From NCBI GenBank assembly GCA_044372565.1, contig JBILRP010000001.1, forward strand, positions 45,524 through 109,523: DNA of 64,000 bases, in the 5' to 3' direction. The notes beneath the pieces were generated by a model. The model was not told the origin of the DNA and did no database searches. It worked only from the letters and a program-made list of their open reading frames with translations. The DNA is from Bacilli bacterium (GTDB lineage Bacteria; Bacillota_I; Bacilli_A; RFN20; CAG-826). The first letter of the stretch is position 1, and every line of letters starts with the position of its first letter. The position numbers were made by a program, and so were the translations under genes. Below, piece by piece: positions 19,493 to 29,256 of the stretch.

Positions 19493-21670
19493 TTATTCTA
19501 CCTTTTTTAATTTAGGATGTTGGGCAACAAGTTTTTTCATTTGACTCGGAGATTCAAAAGCAATTTCAATGATGTCGCTAGAAATGATAGCTTTGACTCG
19601 GCCTTTGCCAAAACTTTCATGGACACATGCATCGCCTAGTTTCCATTCAATCTTCCCCATGGATACGACTGGTTTTTCAACCGTGGAGGCATGAACCACC
19701 CCTAATCGGGAAGGATGGCTTGTGACCATCGTGGTGGGTGGTGTGTAAGGATCGCGGTAAGCAGATTGGAATGTTAGACCTGCTTCTTTAAAGAATCGCG
19801 ATGGAATTAAATTCCCGCCAATCACAAAAGAAAAGTCACTTGCACACGTCAACGATAATGTTTGTTTCGCTCGGGTAAAGGCAACATAACATAAACGACG
19901 TTCTTCTTCTAATCCAAGGTAGGCATCATCATCCAACGTCCGCATCGAAGGAAAAACCCCTTCATTCAAACCAATGACAAACACATGATCAAACTCTAAT
20001 CCCTTGGCCGTATGAACCGTCATTAAGGAAATAAAATTTTCTTCAACGATGTCATCTTGGCTAGACATTAACGAGATGTTTTCTAAATACTGGGAAAAAC
20101 TTGGTTCATCGTTACGTTGTAGAAATTCTTCTAAGTCATCAAACAAGGTGTAAAGGTTTTCAATCCGATCTTCTTCATCACTTTCTTGCAAGCTCTTGAT
20201 GTAACCAAGTTCTTGTAAGTAAGCTTCCACTTCAAGGCGGATATCAATCCCATCGGTTTGTAATCGTATCCGATATTTTTCAATAATTTCCATCATCGGT
20301 TTGAGTTGAATTTTTAATTTGCTGCTGACACCAGGAAACATGTCTAATCCTAAACTCGCTTCATACAAGGATAAATTTCGACTCGTGGCAATTGATTTTA
20401 ATTGTTGAAACGTCACATCGCCAATGCCGCGACGCGGGACATTGATGATACGTTCAAAGGATAAATCATCTTTTGAATTCAGAATTAATTTGAAGTAGGC
20501 AATCGCATCTTTGATTTCTTGACGTTGATAAAACCTCATCCCACCAAAGATGCGGAACGGGAGTTGTTCTCGGGTCAACGCTTTTTCAAAAGGTAATGTT
20601 AAATAATTAGCCCGGTATAAAATCGCCATGTCTTTGGCGAGTTTACCTTGTTGTAAATATCGACGAATCGTTTGAACGACCGCGTGCGCTTCTTCTTCGC
20701 GATTAAAATACCGTTGATGGGTCACCGGTTGACCATCGGTTGATTCTGTAAACAAATCTTTTTTGACGCGGTGCTGATTGAAGTCAATCAGGCGGTTGGC
20801 CAAATCCAAGATGGGTTTGGTGGATCGATAATTTTGATTGAGGATAATGGTATCAATGGGGAAGGTGGATGCTAAATCCATGATGATTTTTGGATTCGCT
20901 CCTCGCCAAGAATAAATCGTTTGATCAGGATCGCCCACCACATAAAGCGAGGTGGTCTTACTTAATAACAACGTCAATAAGCGATATTGAACATCGTTGG
21001 TGTCTTGAAATTCATCCACCAAGATGTGACGGTAATATTGCCGCCATTTGGCTAAGATCTCCGGATACTTCTCTAGAATAAAAATTGCTTTCAGTAACAA
21101 ATCATCAAAATCCAAGTTCGCCATCGCTCGCATTTTTGCTTCATAGACTTCATAAAATGATAAACATAATTTTTCTGTAGGAAAACGCTCATAAGTAATG
21201 GTAATTTGTTCAGGCATAATGCCAGCAGACTTTTGTTCAGCAATGTATTTTAATGCTTGTTTAACAATCTCATCGCCACGACGAAAGCCTTTTTCTTCGG
21301 CGATTGATTTCACTAACTTTTCTTGATCATCGTCATCAAGAATCGTGAAACTGGTTGGATAACCGAGCACATGAATTTCTCGACGTAAAAATCTTGCTGC
21401 AAAACTATGGTACGTCATGATTTTAAGTCTTGAACCTAAGTTAGCAACCAACTGATTGGCCCTTGATAACATTTCTTTGGCAACTTTATTGGTGAAGGTA
21501 ATTGCGAGGATTTGTTCAGGAAAAACATGCTTCTCTTGAATTAAGTAAGCAAGGCGAAACGTTAAGACCCTGGTCTTGCCACTGCCAGCACCTGCAATGA
21601 TGCGAACATAGCTCGATTCAGTGGAAACTGCTTGCCATTGTTTGGGATTTAATTGCGTTTGAAAATCCAT
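19493..21670 (-). CDS. pcrA: ATP-dependent DNA helicase PcrA/UvrD family
   Basis: Contains the Walker A motif AGAGSGKTRVL, a DEFQDT box and VMTVHTAKGLEFD. It is 725 aa long and upstream of ligA, as in Bacillota. Confidence 0.93.
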   Translation of the reverse strand: MDFQTQLNPKQWQAVSTESSYVRIIAGAGSGKTRVLTFRLAYLIQEKHVFPEQILAITFTNKVAKEMLSRANQLVANLGSRLKIMTYHSFAARFLRREIHVLGYPTSFTILDDDDQEKLVKSIAEEKGFRRGDEIVKQALKYIAEQKSAGIMPEQITITYERFPTEKLCLSFYEVYEAKMRAMANLDFDDLLLKAIFILEKYPEILAKWRQYYRHILVDEFQDTNDVQYRLLTLLLSKTTSLYVVGDPDQTIYSWRGANPKIIMDLASTFPIDTIILNQNYRSTKPILDLANRLIDFNQHRVKKDLFTESTDGQPVTHQRYFNREEEAHAVVQTIRRYLQQGKLAKDMAILYRANYLTLPFEKALTREQLPFRIFGGMRFYQRQEIKDAIAYFKLILNSKDDLSFERIINVPRRGIGDVTFQQLKSIATSRNLSLYEASLGLDMFPGVSSKLKIQLKPMMEIIEKYRIRLQTDGIDIRLEVEAYLQELGYIKSLQESDEEDRIENLYTLFDDLEEFLQRNDEPSFSQYLENISLMSSQDDIVEENFISLMTVHTAKGLEFDHVFVIGLNEGVFPSMRTLDDDAYLGLEEERRLCYVAFTRAKQTLSLTCASDFSFVIGGNLIPSRFFKEAGLTFQSAYRDPYTPPTTMVTSHPSRLGVVHASTVEKPVVSMGKIEWKLGDACVHESFGKGRVKAIISSDIIEIAFESPSQMKKLVAQHPKLKKVE

Positions 21671-21723
21671 AGGTTTATACCCAATTATTTTAGCAAATTT
21701 CCTTGGTGAATACTATGAAAATA

Positions 21724-22023
21724 TCAATTCAAAATCGTTGTTTTTATCGCTTCTTTTATCGCTTTAACCCCAATATAGTTGATGTAAAAATCTTCAAGCG
21801 GTATTCGCAGGGTTGGCGAAGGAAATAACGGGGTGGACTGGACCGTCTTTAATTCAAAAAGAGGATGCTGATCAATCCACCCTTGTAACAATTCAATCAC
21901 CTCATGGGCGTAAACACAACCGTCTTTGTAATACAAAATTAACACCTCTTTGCTAAGCAAGGGATTCGGAGGTGTTAAAATAGGTTGATGATCTTGAAAC
22001 AAAGACAATAAACTAACACTCAT
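21724..22023 (-). CDS. Small hypothetical protein, possibly a glutaredoxin/thioredoxin-fold protein with a single Cys (CVYA)
   Basis: Taking the ATG at 22023 gives MSVSLLSLFQ... The segment LILYYKDGCVYAHEVIELL resembles a Grx beta-alpha unit with CxxA in place of CxxC. The start is uncertain, because the tracked ORF begins at 22098. Confidence 0.4.
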   Translation of the reverse strand: MSVSLLSLFQDHQPILTPPNPLLSKEVLILYYKDGCVYAHEVIELLQGWIDQHPLFELKTVQSTPLFPSPTLRIPLEDFYINYIGVKAIKEAIKTTILN

Positions 22024-22070
22024 GACAACCCATTGGATGAATAATCGTTTCACGCGGAGTGCCCTTGAGT

Positions 22071-22973
22071 ATGAATAGGCAACAAAAAACCAAACCAACC
22101 TTTCAAATCACGTGGATTGCCTTGGTGGTGGTCTTACAACTTTTATTCCTTTATTTAAATCAACTCTATCCCTTCATTGGCTACTGGTTTACGTTTTTAT
22201 TCCCTATCTTTACCATTCTTGTTTTACTTTCTTCAACGTGGCGAGGTCTTGTGATTTATGCGGTGACATCGATGTTGTTGATTTTGATGTTGATTCAACC
22301 CGCGATAGAAACCATGTTGTTTTATTGGCTACCTTCTTTTATCTTAGGCATCGGATATGTGATTGGTTTAAAACAAAAAGCCACCTTATTCTCCATGGTG
22401 CTTTTCTTATCATTAACTCAACTTGGGGTTTTGTATGTGCTAAGGATATTATCTTTATGGCTGTATGAGGTTGATTTGCTTTCCTTTATTTATTTATTCT
22501 TTAATCTCACCGATGTTGCTAATATCTTTTTGTTAAACCCGATGATGCTGTATGCAATTGGCTTGCTACAAATCACCATCAGCATCAGCTTCATGATTCC
22601 GGTGATGGAACGATTTGGCATTCATCTTCCTTATCAATTGATGTTAACAAGAATCGAAGTGTATGCTTATGTAGCGTTATTCTTCGTAGGTTTGATCAGC
22701 ATTGGGTTTGCCCCTCAACTTAGTTTGTTTGCCTTAGGACCATTAACCTTATTGAGTGTGTACAGTTATCTCTACTTTTTTATGCGACCCGTTCGGTTTG
22801 CCGCCTATCCTTTATTGATGGGTTTAATCCTTTATCCATTTGTGAATGCATACTTTAGCGATATTTTAGAAGGTCCTTATCGAATTCTTTCCGTCATCTT
22901 CATCGCGATCATTCCGTTGGCGTTGATGATGTACAAGTCATTCACCCAAAAGAAGAAAAATGCTTTAATATAA
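22071..22973 (+). CDS. Polytopic membrane protein of unknown function (~8-9 TM)
   Basis: A long hydrophobic ORF. The ATG at 22071 (MNRQQKTKP...) is chosen over the non-ATG start at 22059. Confidence 0.6.
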   Translation: MNRQQKTKPTFQITWIALVVVLQLLFLYLNQLYPFIGYWFTFLFPIFTILVLLSSTWRGLVIYAVTSMLLILMLIQPAIETMLFYWLPSFILGIGYVIGLKQKATLFSMVLFLSLTQLGVLYVLRILSLWLYEVDLLSFIYLFFNLTDVANIFLLNPMMLYAIGLLQITISISFMIPVMERFGIHLPYQLMLTRIEVYAYVALFFVGLISIGFAPQLSLFALGPLTLLSVYSYLYFFMRPVRFAAYPLLMGLILYPFVNAYFSDILEGPYRILSVIFIAIIPLALMMYKSFTQKKKNALI

Positions 22974-22977
22974 AAGC

Positions 22978-23277
22978 ATGGACATGCTCGTCAAATTACT
23001 CAAACGTACATTACTTGGGGCCATTTATATCATTGCATCCCCACTGATTGCCTTTGGATTTTTACTTTTTTTAGCGTATGGATTGCTTATTTTTCTTGCC
23101 GTATCCTTAAAATCCATTTACTTATTCTTTTCAGGTCGAGGCGTGTTTACCCCATTTCCAGAAGACTTGGTCGCGCATAAACGTTATCAATTTATCATGA
23201 AGCAAACCCCCAACACCCATAAAGCAGAAACTGCGGTTCCTCCTCTTCCATCCGTAGGAAATGGAACCAAGACATGA
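22978..23277 (+). CDS. Small membrane protein (2 TM), unknown function
   Basis: It has two hydrophobic helices followed by a polar tail. It sits 4 nt after the previous gene and overlaps the next by 4 nt (ATGA). Confidence 0.55.
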   Translation: MDMLVKLLKRTLLGAIYIIASPLIAFGFLLFLAYGLLIFLAVSLKSIYLFFSGRGVFTPFPEDLVAHKRYQFIMKQTPNTHKAETAVPPLPSVGNGTKT

Positions 23278-23912
23278 TCTTGTTCACGACCCCAGTGCCA
23301 ACGATTAACCAGCGATTAGAATTGCTGTATTTATTATTAGCCTTGATCTTTTTAACCCTTGCCCTGATTGGTGGGATTGGTTGGTTATTTGAATCGTTGA
23401 TTAAAAAATATGGCGACCAAGTCGATGCCGAAACTTGGAAAATTTACGAAACTCGGACCGTGAATACCCCAAAAGAATTCGCCAGGGTTGCGTTCAAAAA
23501 AAGTCACCGGCAAGCATTCAAAGATTTTTTCTGGGCGTTATCAACCATTGCGTCGATGATTGGTTTATTGTTTGGATACATGGCCATCTTTAATGATCCT
23601 AGCTTAATCGATGATTTATTTAATTATCAAACCCGAGGCTTCAACACCATCTTCCCAATTTTTGATTGGGCCAATATTCCGACCAGTGAATTTTTCGGTT
23701 TCAATCTTATCTCTGATTGGCCAGTCTTGTTGAATGTGCCACGATTTGTGCCAGAAGCAACGATTTCATACATCCTATTTTTATTAGCGTTACTCGGTGG
23801 TTTATTAACCTTCCGGGCAACCTTATCCTTGATTGGTAGAACCCTACGCATTCAAAGCAAGAAAAATCAAATCTTCATGAAGAACTTAGATGACGTCTCA
23901 AAAAAACTTTAA
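23274..23912 (+). CDS. Membrane protein (about 3 TM), unknown function
   Basis: It overlaps the previous ORF by 4 nt, consistent with translational coupling, and carries hydrophobic segments. Confidence 0.55.
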   Translation: MILFTTPVPTINQRLELLYLLLALIFLTLALIGGIGWLFESLIKKYGDQVDAETWKIYETRTVNTPKEFARVAFKKSHRQAFKDFFWALSTIASMIGLLFGYMAIFNDPSLIDDLFNYQTRGFNTIFPIFDWANIPTSEFFGFNLISDWPVLLNVPRFVPEATISYILFLLALLGGLLTFRATLSLIGRTLRIQSKKNQIFMKNLDDVSKKL

Positions 23913-24085
23913 TTATTTAACAAGCGATTGATATACTCGATAATTTGTATCACCACATAAACCGCAAGAATCAAATCGGCAATCCAAATAAATAAAGTCA
24001 TCCGTTTTAAAGATACTTTTTTCCGTTCATAAGCCTCTTGTTGGAGGTCTTGTTGAATATTTTCTTCTAGTGGTTCTTCAAACAT
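23909..24085 (-). CDS. Unlisted 58-aa single-TM ORF downstream of asnS
   Basis: Hand translation gives MFEEPLEENIQQDLQQEAYERKKVSLKRMTLFIWIADLILAVYVVIQIIEYINRLLNN followed by a stop. It falls below the 60-aa cut-off of the ORF track. It starts 10 nt after the asnS stop, and I see no clear SD. Confidence 0.35.
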   Translation of the reverse strand: MFEEPLEENIQQDLQQEAYERKKVSLKRMTLFIWIADLILAVYVVIQIIEYINRLLNN

Positions 24086-24094
24086 AGGGTCTCG

Positions 24095-25483
24095 TTAGTA
24101 TAACAAGGATCCTGGTGTCCGTGGGTATGGTTGGGTGTCACGAATATTGCTCATGCCAGTGAGGTACATCAGTAACCGATCAAAGCCAATGCCAAATCCT
24201 GCGTGAGGAACCCCGCCATATTTTCTTAAGTCCAAATACCATTCTAAACCAGCTTTATTGCCATGTTCAATCATCTTCTTTTCTAACACTTCCAAGCGTT
24301 CTTCACGTTGCGAGCCACCGACCAATTCACCAACTTGAGGGACAAGTAAATCACATGCTGCAACGGTTTTTCCGTCGTCATTTAAACGCATGTAAAAGGC
24401 TTTAATTTCTTTTGGATAATTGGTGATAAAGACTGGTCCTTTGGCAATCACTTCAGATAAATATCGTTCATGTTCGGTTTGTAAGTCCATGCCCCATGTG
24501 ATGTCTTTGAAGGCAAACGTCACCCCTTGCTTCACCGCATCGATCAATGCCTGAATCGCTTGCGTGTAGGTCATTCGCTTAAATGGAGATTTGCGAACAT
24601 CTTCCAATCGCTTCACCAAGGTAGGATCAATCATTTGATTAAAGAACGCCATTTCTTCAGGTGCATGCTTGAAGGCATAATCTAAACAGTACTTGACGCA
24701 ATCTTCGATTAAATTCATGTCGTCGTTTAAATCGGCAAAACTAATTTCTGGTTCAATCATCCAGAACTCCGAAGCATGTCGGGTGGTATTACTTGGTTCC
24801 GCACGGAAGGTGGGTCCAAAGGTATAGACATCTTTAAATGCTAAAGCAAAGGCTTCCACGTGAAGTTGACCAGAGACCGTTAATGAGGTTGGTTTATTGA
24901 AAAAAGCGTCCGGTTTCTTTGGATCCACAATCGCTTGAAACACTTGGCCAGCACCTTCCGCATCATTCCCCGTGAGGATAGGGGTATGGACATACACAAA
25001 GTCTCGATCTTGAAAGAAAGTATGGATGGCCATCGACATGACTGAACGTAAGCGAAAGAGGGCGGTAAAGGTATTGGTTCTTGGTCTTAAATGGGCAATG
25101 TCTCGAAGGAAATCAAAACCATGACGTTTCTTTTGTAAGGGATAATCTTCCGGTGCGGCACCAACCAATTGATAAGAAGACACCATAATTTCAAAGGGTT
25201 GCTTGTTGGTTGGGGTTGCTTGGAGCGTCCCTTCCACGGTGATTGAGGTTCCCGTTCCTAATTTCGATAAGGTGTCAAAGCTTGGACCAAGGGTTTGGTG
25301 ATAAACCAATTGCGCATTCTTAAAAAAACTACCGTCATTGAGTTCAATAAATCCGATGGCACCACTTTGACGATTGGTGCGAATCCATCCAGATAAAATC
25401 ACTTTTTCTGGCGAGGTTTGCTTCGGTAATGGTCCTTGTTGAAAGTGTTGATACAGTTGCCTAATCTTATGGGTTTGTTTCAT
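24095..25483 (-). CDS. asnS: Asparagine--tRNA ligase
   Basis: Shows class IIb motifs ([21 protein letters not shown] and [18 protein letters not shown]...PYPRTPG). The 462-aa length fits AsnS. Confidence 0.9.
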   Translation of the reverse strand: MKQTHKIRQLYQHFQQGPLPKQTSPEKVILSGWIRTNRQSGAIGFIELNDGSFFKNAQLVYHQTLGPSFDTLSKLGTGTSITVEGTLQATPTNKQPFEIMVSSYQLVGAAPEDYPLQKKRHGFDFLRDIAHLRPRTNTFTALFRLRSVMSMAIHTFFQDRDFVYVHTPILTGNDAEGAGQVFQAIVDPKKPDAFFNKPTSLTVSGQLHVEAFALAFKDVYTFGPTFRAEPSNTTRHASEFWMIEPEISFADLNDDMNLIEDCVKYCLDYAFKHAPEEMAFFNQMIDPTLVKRLEDVRKSPFKRMTYTQAIQALIDAVKQGVTFAFKDITWGMDLQTEHERYLSEVIAKGPVFITNYPKEIKAFYMRLNDDGKTVAACDLLVPQVGELVGGSQREERLEVLEKKMIEHGNKAGLEWYLDLRKYGGVPHAGFGIGFDRLLMYLTGMSNIRDTQPYPRTPGSLLY

Positions 25484-25521
25484 GGTTATTTCCTCACGAA
25501 TTCGTCTACATTATATCGCAT

Positions 25522-26541
25522 TTATTCTTTCGATGAAGAAGCAATCTCCCAAGAAGGATCAACCCCAACATGCAAGGGACTAATCTGGTTAGCTTTCAAC
25601 ATCACCCCACCGAGTAAGGCAATCATCGCCGCATTATCGGTGCAAGCCCATGCAGGTGGAAAAATCATCGGAATCCCTAGGACCTTGGCTAAGGCTTGGC
25701 ATTGTGTTCTTAAGGTTTGATTTAATGAGACCCCACCACCAACGACGACCGATGCCACCGGGTAAGCCTTGAATGCTCGTTTAAGTTTATCAATCAAGGA
25801 ATCGACGACAACCGTTTGAAAAGCATACGCAAGGTTTGCTTGGTGAATGCTTTGACCTAATTTGGTTTCTTTTTGAATCAAAGTGGCAACCGCTGTTTTT
25901 AATCCTGAATAAGAAAAGTCAAACTCCCCGGTTGCCTTTGGTGTCGGCAGGCGATATTGAGGTTGGCCTTGTTGACTTAATTGATCAAGCAAAGGACCGC
26001 CTGGATACCCTAACCCCATCATCCGTGCAACCTTATCATACGATTCACCAACGGCATCATCTTGGGTTTGACCAATCAATTGATAATGCAAGGGTGCTTT
26101 CATGTAGACAAGTTCAGTGTGGCCACCACTGACAATAAGACCAAGGGCAGGATAAAGAATCGGTTGGGTCAATCGTCCTGCTTCCAAATGGGCCGCATGG
26201 TGATGGACACCAATCAAAGGTAAATCATATAACCCGGTAATCAATTTTCCAGCCTGCAAGCCAATGTGAAGGGCACCAATTAATCCAGGACCGCGCGTGA
26301 CGGCGACGGCACTTAATTGACTTGGATCAATCTTTGCTTCTTGGAGTGCAGTCATCATCACATACCCAATATTTTCCGTATGCAAGCGACTGGCTAATTC
26401 TGGAAAGACTCCCCCAAACGATTGATGTTGTTTGATTTGTGAGGAAGTGACGTGACTTAACACATGCAAGCCTTGCAACACGGCAAATGAGGTTTCATCA
26501 CAACTTGTTTCAATCCCTAAGATGATCGGTTCTTGTTTCAT
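25522..26541 (-). CDS. tsaD: tRNA N6-adenosine threonylcarbamoyltransferase
   Basis: Contains ILGIETSCDETS...HHHAAHLE, the Kae1/TsaD signature. Confidence 0.94.
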   Translation of the reverse strand: MKQEPIILGIETSCDETSFAVLQGLHVLSHVTSSQIKQHQSFGGVFPELASRLHTENIGYVMMTALQEAKIDPSQLSAVAVTRGPGLIGALHIGLQAGKLITGLYDLPLIGVHHHAAHLEAGRLTQPILYPALGLIVSGGHTELVYMKAPLHYQLIGQTQDDAVGESYDKVARMMGLGYPGGPLLDQLSQQGQPQYRLPTPKATGEFDFSYSGLKTAVATLIQKETKLGQSIHQANLAYAFQTVVVDSLIDKLKRAFKAYPVASVVVGGGVSLNQTLRTQCQALAKVLGIPMIFPPAWACTDNAAMIALLGGVMLKANQISPLHVGVDPSWEIASSSKE

Positions 26542-26972
26542 AATTTCTTTTCCATGAAGTAAGCATCTTCTCCATCCGCGTAATATTGTGGTTTCGTTAA
26601 TAAGGTTTTAAATCCATGTTTTTGATACAGGGTTTGGGCCGCTAGATTGCTCTTGCGAACTTCCAAGGTGACTTGAATACAACCTTCTGCTTCGATTCGT
26701 TTTAATCCATCCAACAATAAGATTTGTCCGATGCCTTTTCTTTTTAGGCTAGGGATGACGGCAAGATTATTGATTTGCGCTTGTTGAAAGGTAATCCAGA
26801 AATCAAGATAACCAATCACCTTGTCATCGATCACGGCCACCATCACCGAAGCATAAGGATTTTTTTCTAGTTCATAACGAAAGTGTTCTTCCGTCCAAGG
26901 CGAAGCATAGGCTAAGCGTTCGATCGTCAGTAAGATGGGTAAATCCACCATGGTCGCAGGGCGAATGATCAT
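26538..26972 (-). CDS. rimI: Ribosomal-protein-alanine N-acetyltransferase (GNAT)
   Basis: The ATG at 26972 overlaps the tsaB TGA (ATGA). The GNAT motif RKGIGQILL is present. The gene lies between tsaB and tsaD. Confidence 0.85.
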   Translation of the reverse strand: MIIRPATMVDLPILLTIERLAYASPWTEEHFRYELEKNPYASVMVAVIDDKVIGYLDFWITFQQAQINNLAVIPSLKRKGIGQILLLDGLKRIEAEGCIQVTLEVRKSNLAAQTLYQKHGFKTLLTKPQYYADGEDAYFMEKKL

Positions 26973-27559
26973 ATTAAGTCCTTTAAGTATCTTGGATTTA
27001 AGAGATGGACATCCTTCAAAGGGATGAGGGATTTTATGAACGAAGCAACATGCCTCAGAATTAGATTGGGCTGCTGACATGCGCTTGCTGGGGTGATCCA
27101 TGTCGCTTTTGGGTAGGCGTCCACGATCATTTTTTTGTGACGCATCTCCAGAATCATCGGAGCAACATGAACGTTGGCCTTCTCATAAACCCCAAGATAC
27201 ATTCGCTCGCCTCGAGCATCCATCCACACCGCAGACAAAGGATCAACGGCAAATAAATGTAAGGAGCTGATTGGATAAACGGTGATAGGTTTTAGTAGGG
27301 CTAACGTCTTGACCAAGGTTAACGATAAACGAACCCCTGTAAAAGAACCTGGGCCATCACCGACGACAATCGCCTGAAGATCACTCATTTTAAGTTGGTG
27401 ACGAAGCAAGAAGGAAATGACTTTAGGAACCATCCATTCCGATTGTTGTCGGTCCAACGTTTCAACAAAGCTGTCGACGGGTTGACCCTTATTTAACAAA
27501 CCCAAAAATAAAATAGGCGTACTAGAATCGATCACCAACACAAATGAATTGGTCGTCAT
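26969..27559 (-). CDS. tsaB: tRNA threonylcarbamoyladenosine biosynthesis protein TsaB
   Basis: Contains VLVIDSSTP...GPGSFTGVRL. It ends in TGA, which shows TGA is used as a stop. Confidence 0.9.
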   Translation of the reverse strand: MTTNSFVLVIDSSTPILFLGLLNKGQPVDSFVETLDRQQSEWMVPKVISFLLRHQLKMSDLQAIVVGDGPGSFTGVRLSLTLVKTLALLKPITVYPISSLHLFAVDPLSAVWMDARGERMYLGVYEKANVHVAPMILEMRHKKMIVDAYPKATWITPASACQQPNLILRHVASFIKSLIPLKDVHLLNPRYLKDLI

Positions 27560-27987
27560 ACTTGAAAGGACAGAATGGGTCCTTCAATGGTCACCAATCT
27601 TGTTTGATCGTCTTGAATCGTGATGGTGATATGGACCCTTACCCCTTCAGGCAAGGTGGTGATTTTCTCTGGCCACTCAATCATCGTGATCGTGTCATCG
27701 CCTGTTTCATCGTCTAAGCCTAAGCCTTGGAGTGTATCCAATCGATACGCATCCACGTGAAGCAATCGCCCTTGAGGCAATCGGTACATTTTCATTAAGG
27801 TAAAGGTGGGAGAGATCACTCGAGAGGTGACTCCTAAATATTTTGCTAATGATTGAACCAGCGTGGTTTTTCCACTTCCTAATGATCCTGAAAGGGTAAT
27901 CACCATCCCTAAACTAAGATGACGACTAAGCTTCTTTGCCATGGCATCCATCGCCGAAGGCGTGGTGATCAAAAACATTTGTTTCAT
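27556..27987 (-). CDS. tsaE: tRNA t6A biosynthesis ATPase TsaE
   Basis: Contains the P-loop GSLGSGKTTLVQ. The 143-aa length and operon context support the call. Confidence 0.9.
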   Translation of the reverse strand: MKQMFLITTPSAMDAMAKKLSRHLSLGMVITLSGSLGSGKTTLVQSLAKYLGVTSRVISPTFTLMKMYRLPQGRLLHVDAYRLDTLQGLGLDDETGDDTITMIEWPEKITTLPEGVRVHITITIQDDQTRLVTIEGPILSFQV

Positions 27988-28541
27988 TAGAATAAAAATT
28001 TCTTTTCTTTAATAAATTGTTGGTATAACTCTTGAATACGATGCATTTGAAAAGGGTATTCACGATCTTGAAGCTTTTTAAAGAGTTTGCCTGCCGATTG
28101 AATTAAGACTTGTTTTAACTCGTCAGGGTATTGATAGCGGACACTATGTTTTTCAAACTCACGTTCATCCAAACTCATGATGTAACCATCGGGAAACAGT
28201 TTGTAATCCAAATCATAATCAATGTATTTTAAGATGCCCTTATCAAGTAAGGTGGGTGAGGCGACGTTAATGTAAAAGACAACCCCGCGATCTTTAATCA
28301 TCCCAATCACATTAAACCAATCATGTTTACTAAAAAAAGAAATCGCCGGTTCTTTTGAAAACCAGCGTCGTCCATTTGCTTCCGTCACTTTTGTTTTATG
28401 ATTGGCAGTCACAAAATAATCGTCATCGTCTAAAAGAACATAGTTGCGTTCCCAGCAGCGATGCAAGGATCCATCATGTTTATAACTTTGAATTTTTAAC
28501 CAGGAACTTTTTAACGACACACGAACCTCTTTTTCAAGCAA
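27987..28541 (-). CDS. DUF402 / UPF0374 family nucleoside tri/diphosphate phosphatase
   Basis: Contains SYKHDGSLHRCWE...YINVASP...IDYDLDYKLFPDG, typical of the YgaC/Ntdp family. Confidence 0.75.
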   Translation of the reverse strand: MLEKEVRVSLKSSWLKIQSYKHDGSLHRCWERNYVLLDDDDYFVTANHKTKVTEANGRRWFSKEPAISFFSKHDWFNVIGMIKDRGVVFYINVASPTLLDKGILKYIDYDLDYKLFPDGYIMSLDEREFEKHSVRYQYPDELKQVLIQSAGKLFKKLQDREYPFQMHRIQELYQQFIKEKKFLF

Positions 28542-28543
28542 TA

Positions 28544-29095
28544 TTATATCATTTTATCAAGGGTTAATTTGCGAATCATCGTTGTTAAACTAGAAAAATA
28601 AAGCGTTAAGATAATGGCAAAGCTAAGGAAAAAAGAAGGTAATAAATACATGAGGTTATAAGCAAGACTTCCTGCCCAATCCAATGGAAAATACAAGACC
28701 CCAGAGATGACATGCATCAGTAAACGCCATCCAAAAGCAACGGCAAACGTCCAAGTCAATGTGATTAAACCTTTGATTTCATTGGTACCAATGATTTGTT
28801 TTCTCATCAAGGAGATGACCACAAATCCACTCAATGCCAAAAAGTAATCAAACAAATAGAAGGCAATGTATCCATCCAAAAATGCAGTCAGTAAACCAAA
28901 GACTATCGTAATCGCCAACCAACTTTGCCACCAACCAAATGATAAGGCAATCAAGACTAAACCAACCATCGCTAAATTAATTGATCCACCATTGGGTTGT
29001 TGATAAAATTTAAACACATAATCCAAAACAATACTTATTGCAACTAGCATCCCCATCAATGCCATTTGACGAATACTCAGCCGTAGATTTTTCAT
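28544..29095 (-). CDS. thiT: Thiamine transporter ThiT (ECF S-component)
   Basis: A 183-aa protein with 6 TM segments. It lies directly behind a TPP riboswitch. Confidence 0.8.
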   Translation of the reverse strand: MKNLRLSIRQMALMGMLVAISIVLDYVFKFYQQPNGGSINLAMVGLVLIALSFGWWQSWLAITIVFGLLTAFLDGYIAFYLFDYFLALSGFVVISLMRKQIIGTNEIKGLITLTWTFAVAFGWRLLMHVISGVLYFPLDWAGSLAYNLMYLLPSFFLSFAIILTLYFSSLTTMIRKLTLDKMI

Positions 29096-29111
29096 TTTTT
29101 TCCTCCTTTAA

Positions 29112-29236
29112 ATAAAAAATCCTTGGCTAGCAAGGATAACAAAGATTGTTACTTTCCTACGCTAGCATTACCTAGATCAGGTACGGTCGGTGTGATACGC
29201 ACACCCTCTCAGCCAAGCAATCTTAGCTCCCGTTTG
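29112..29236 (-). ncRNA. TPP (THI-box) riboswitch with an intrinsic-terminator expression platform
   Basis: The minus strand reads GCUUGGCUGAGAGGGUGUGCGUAUCACACCGACCGUACCUGAUCUAGGUAAUGCUAGCGUAGGAAAG. This contains the CUGAGA and ACCUGAUCUxGxUAAUGCxAGCGUAGGxA consensus blocks. It is followed by AUCCUUG-CUAGC-CAAGGAU and UUUUUU. Confidence 0.9.
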
Positions 29237-29256
29237 ATTTAATATAACAAATTCTA

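Noticed and set aside
25436-25720. Assorted 60-130-aa ORFs antisense or out of frame to strong genes, for example 25436-25720, 29319-29567, 22112-22468, 40818-41000, 50773-51018 and 52776-53126
   Set aside because: They lie entirely within well-supported conserved genes, or span a terminator in the case of 40818-41000. They lack SD or promoter signals and have atypical composition.
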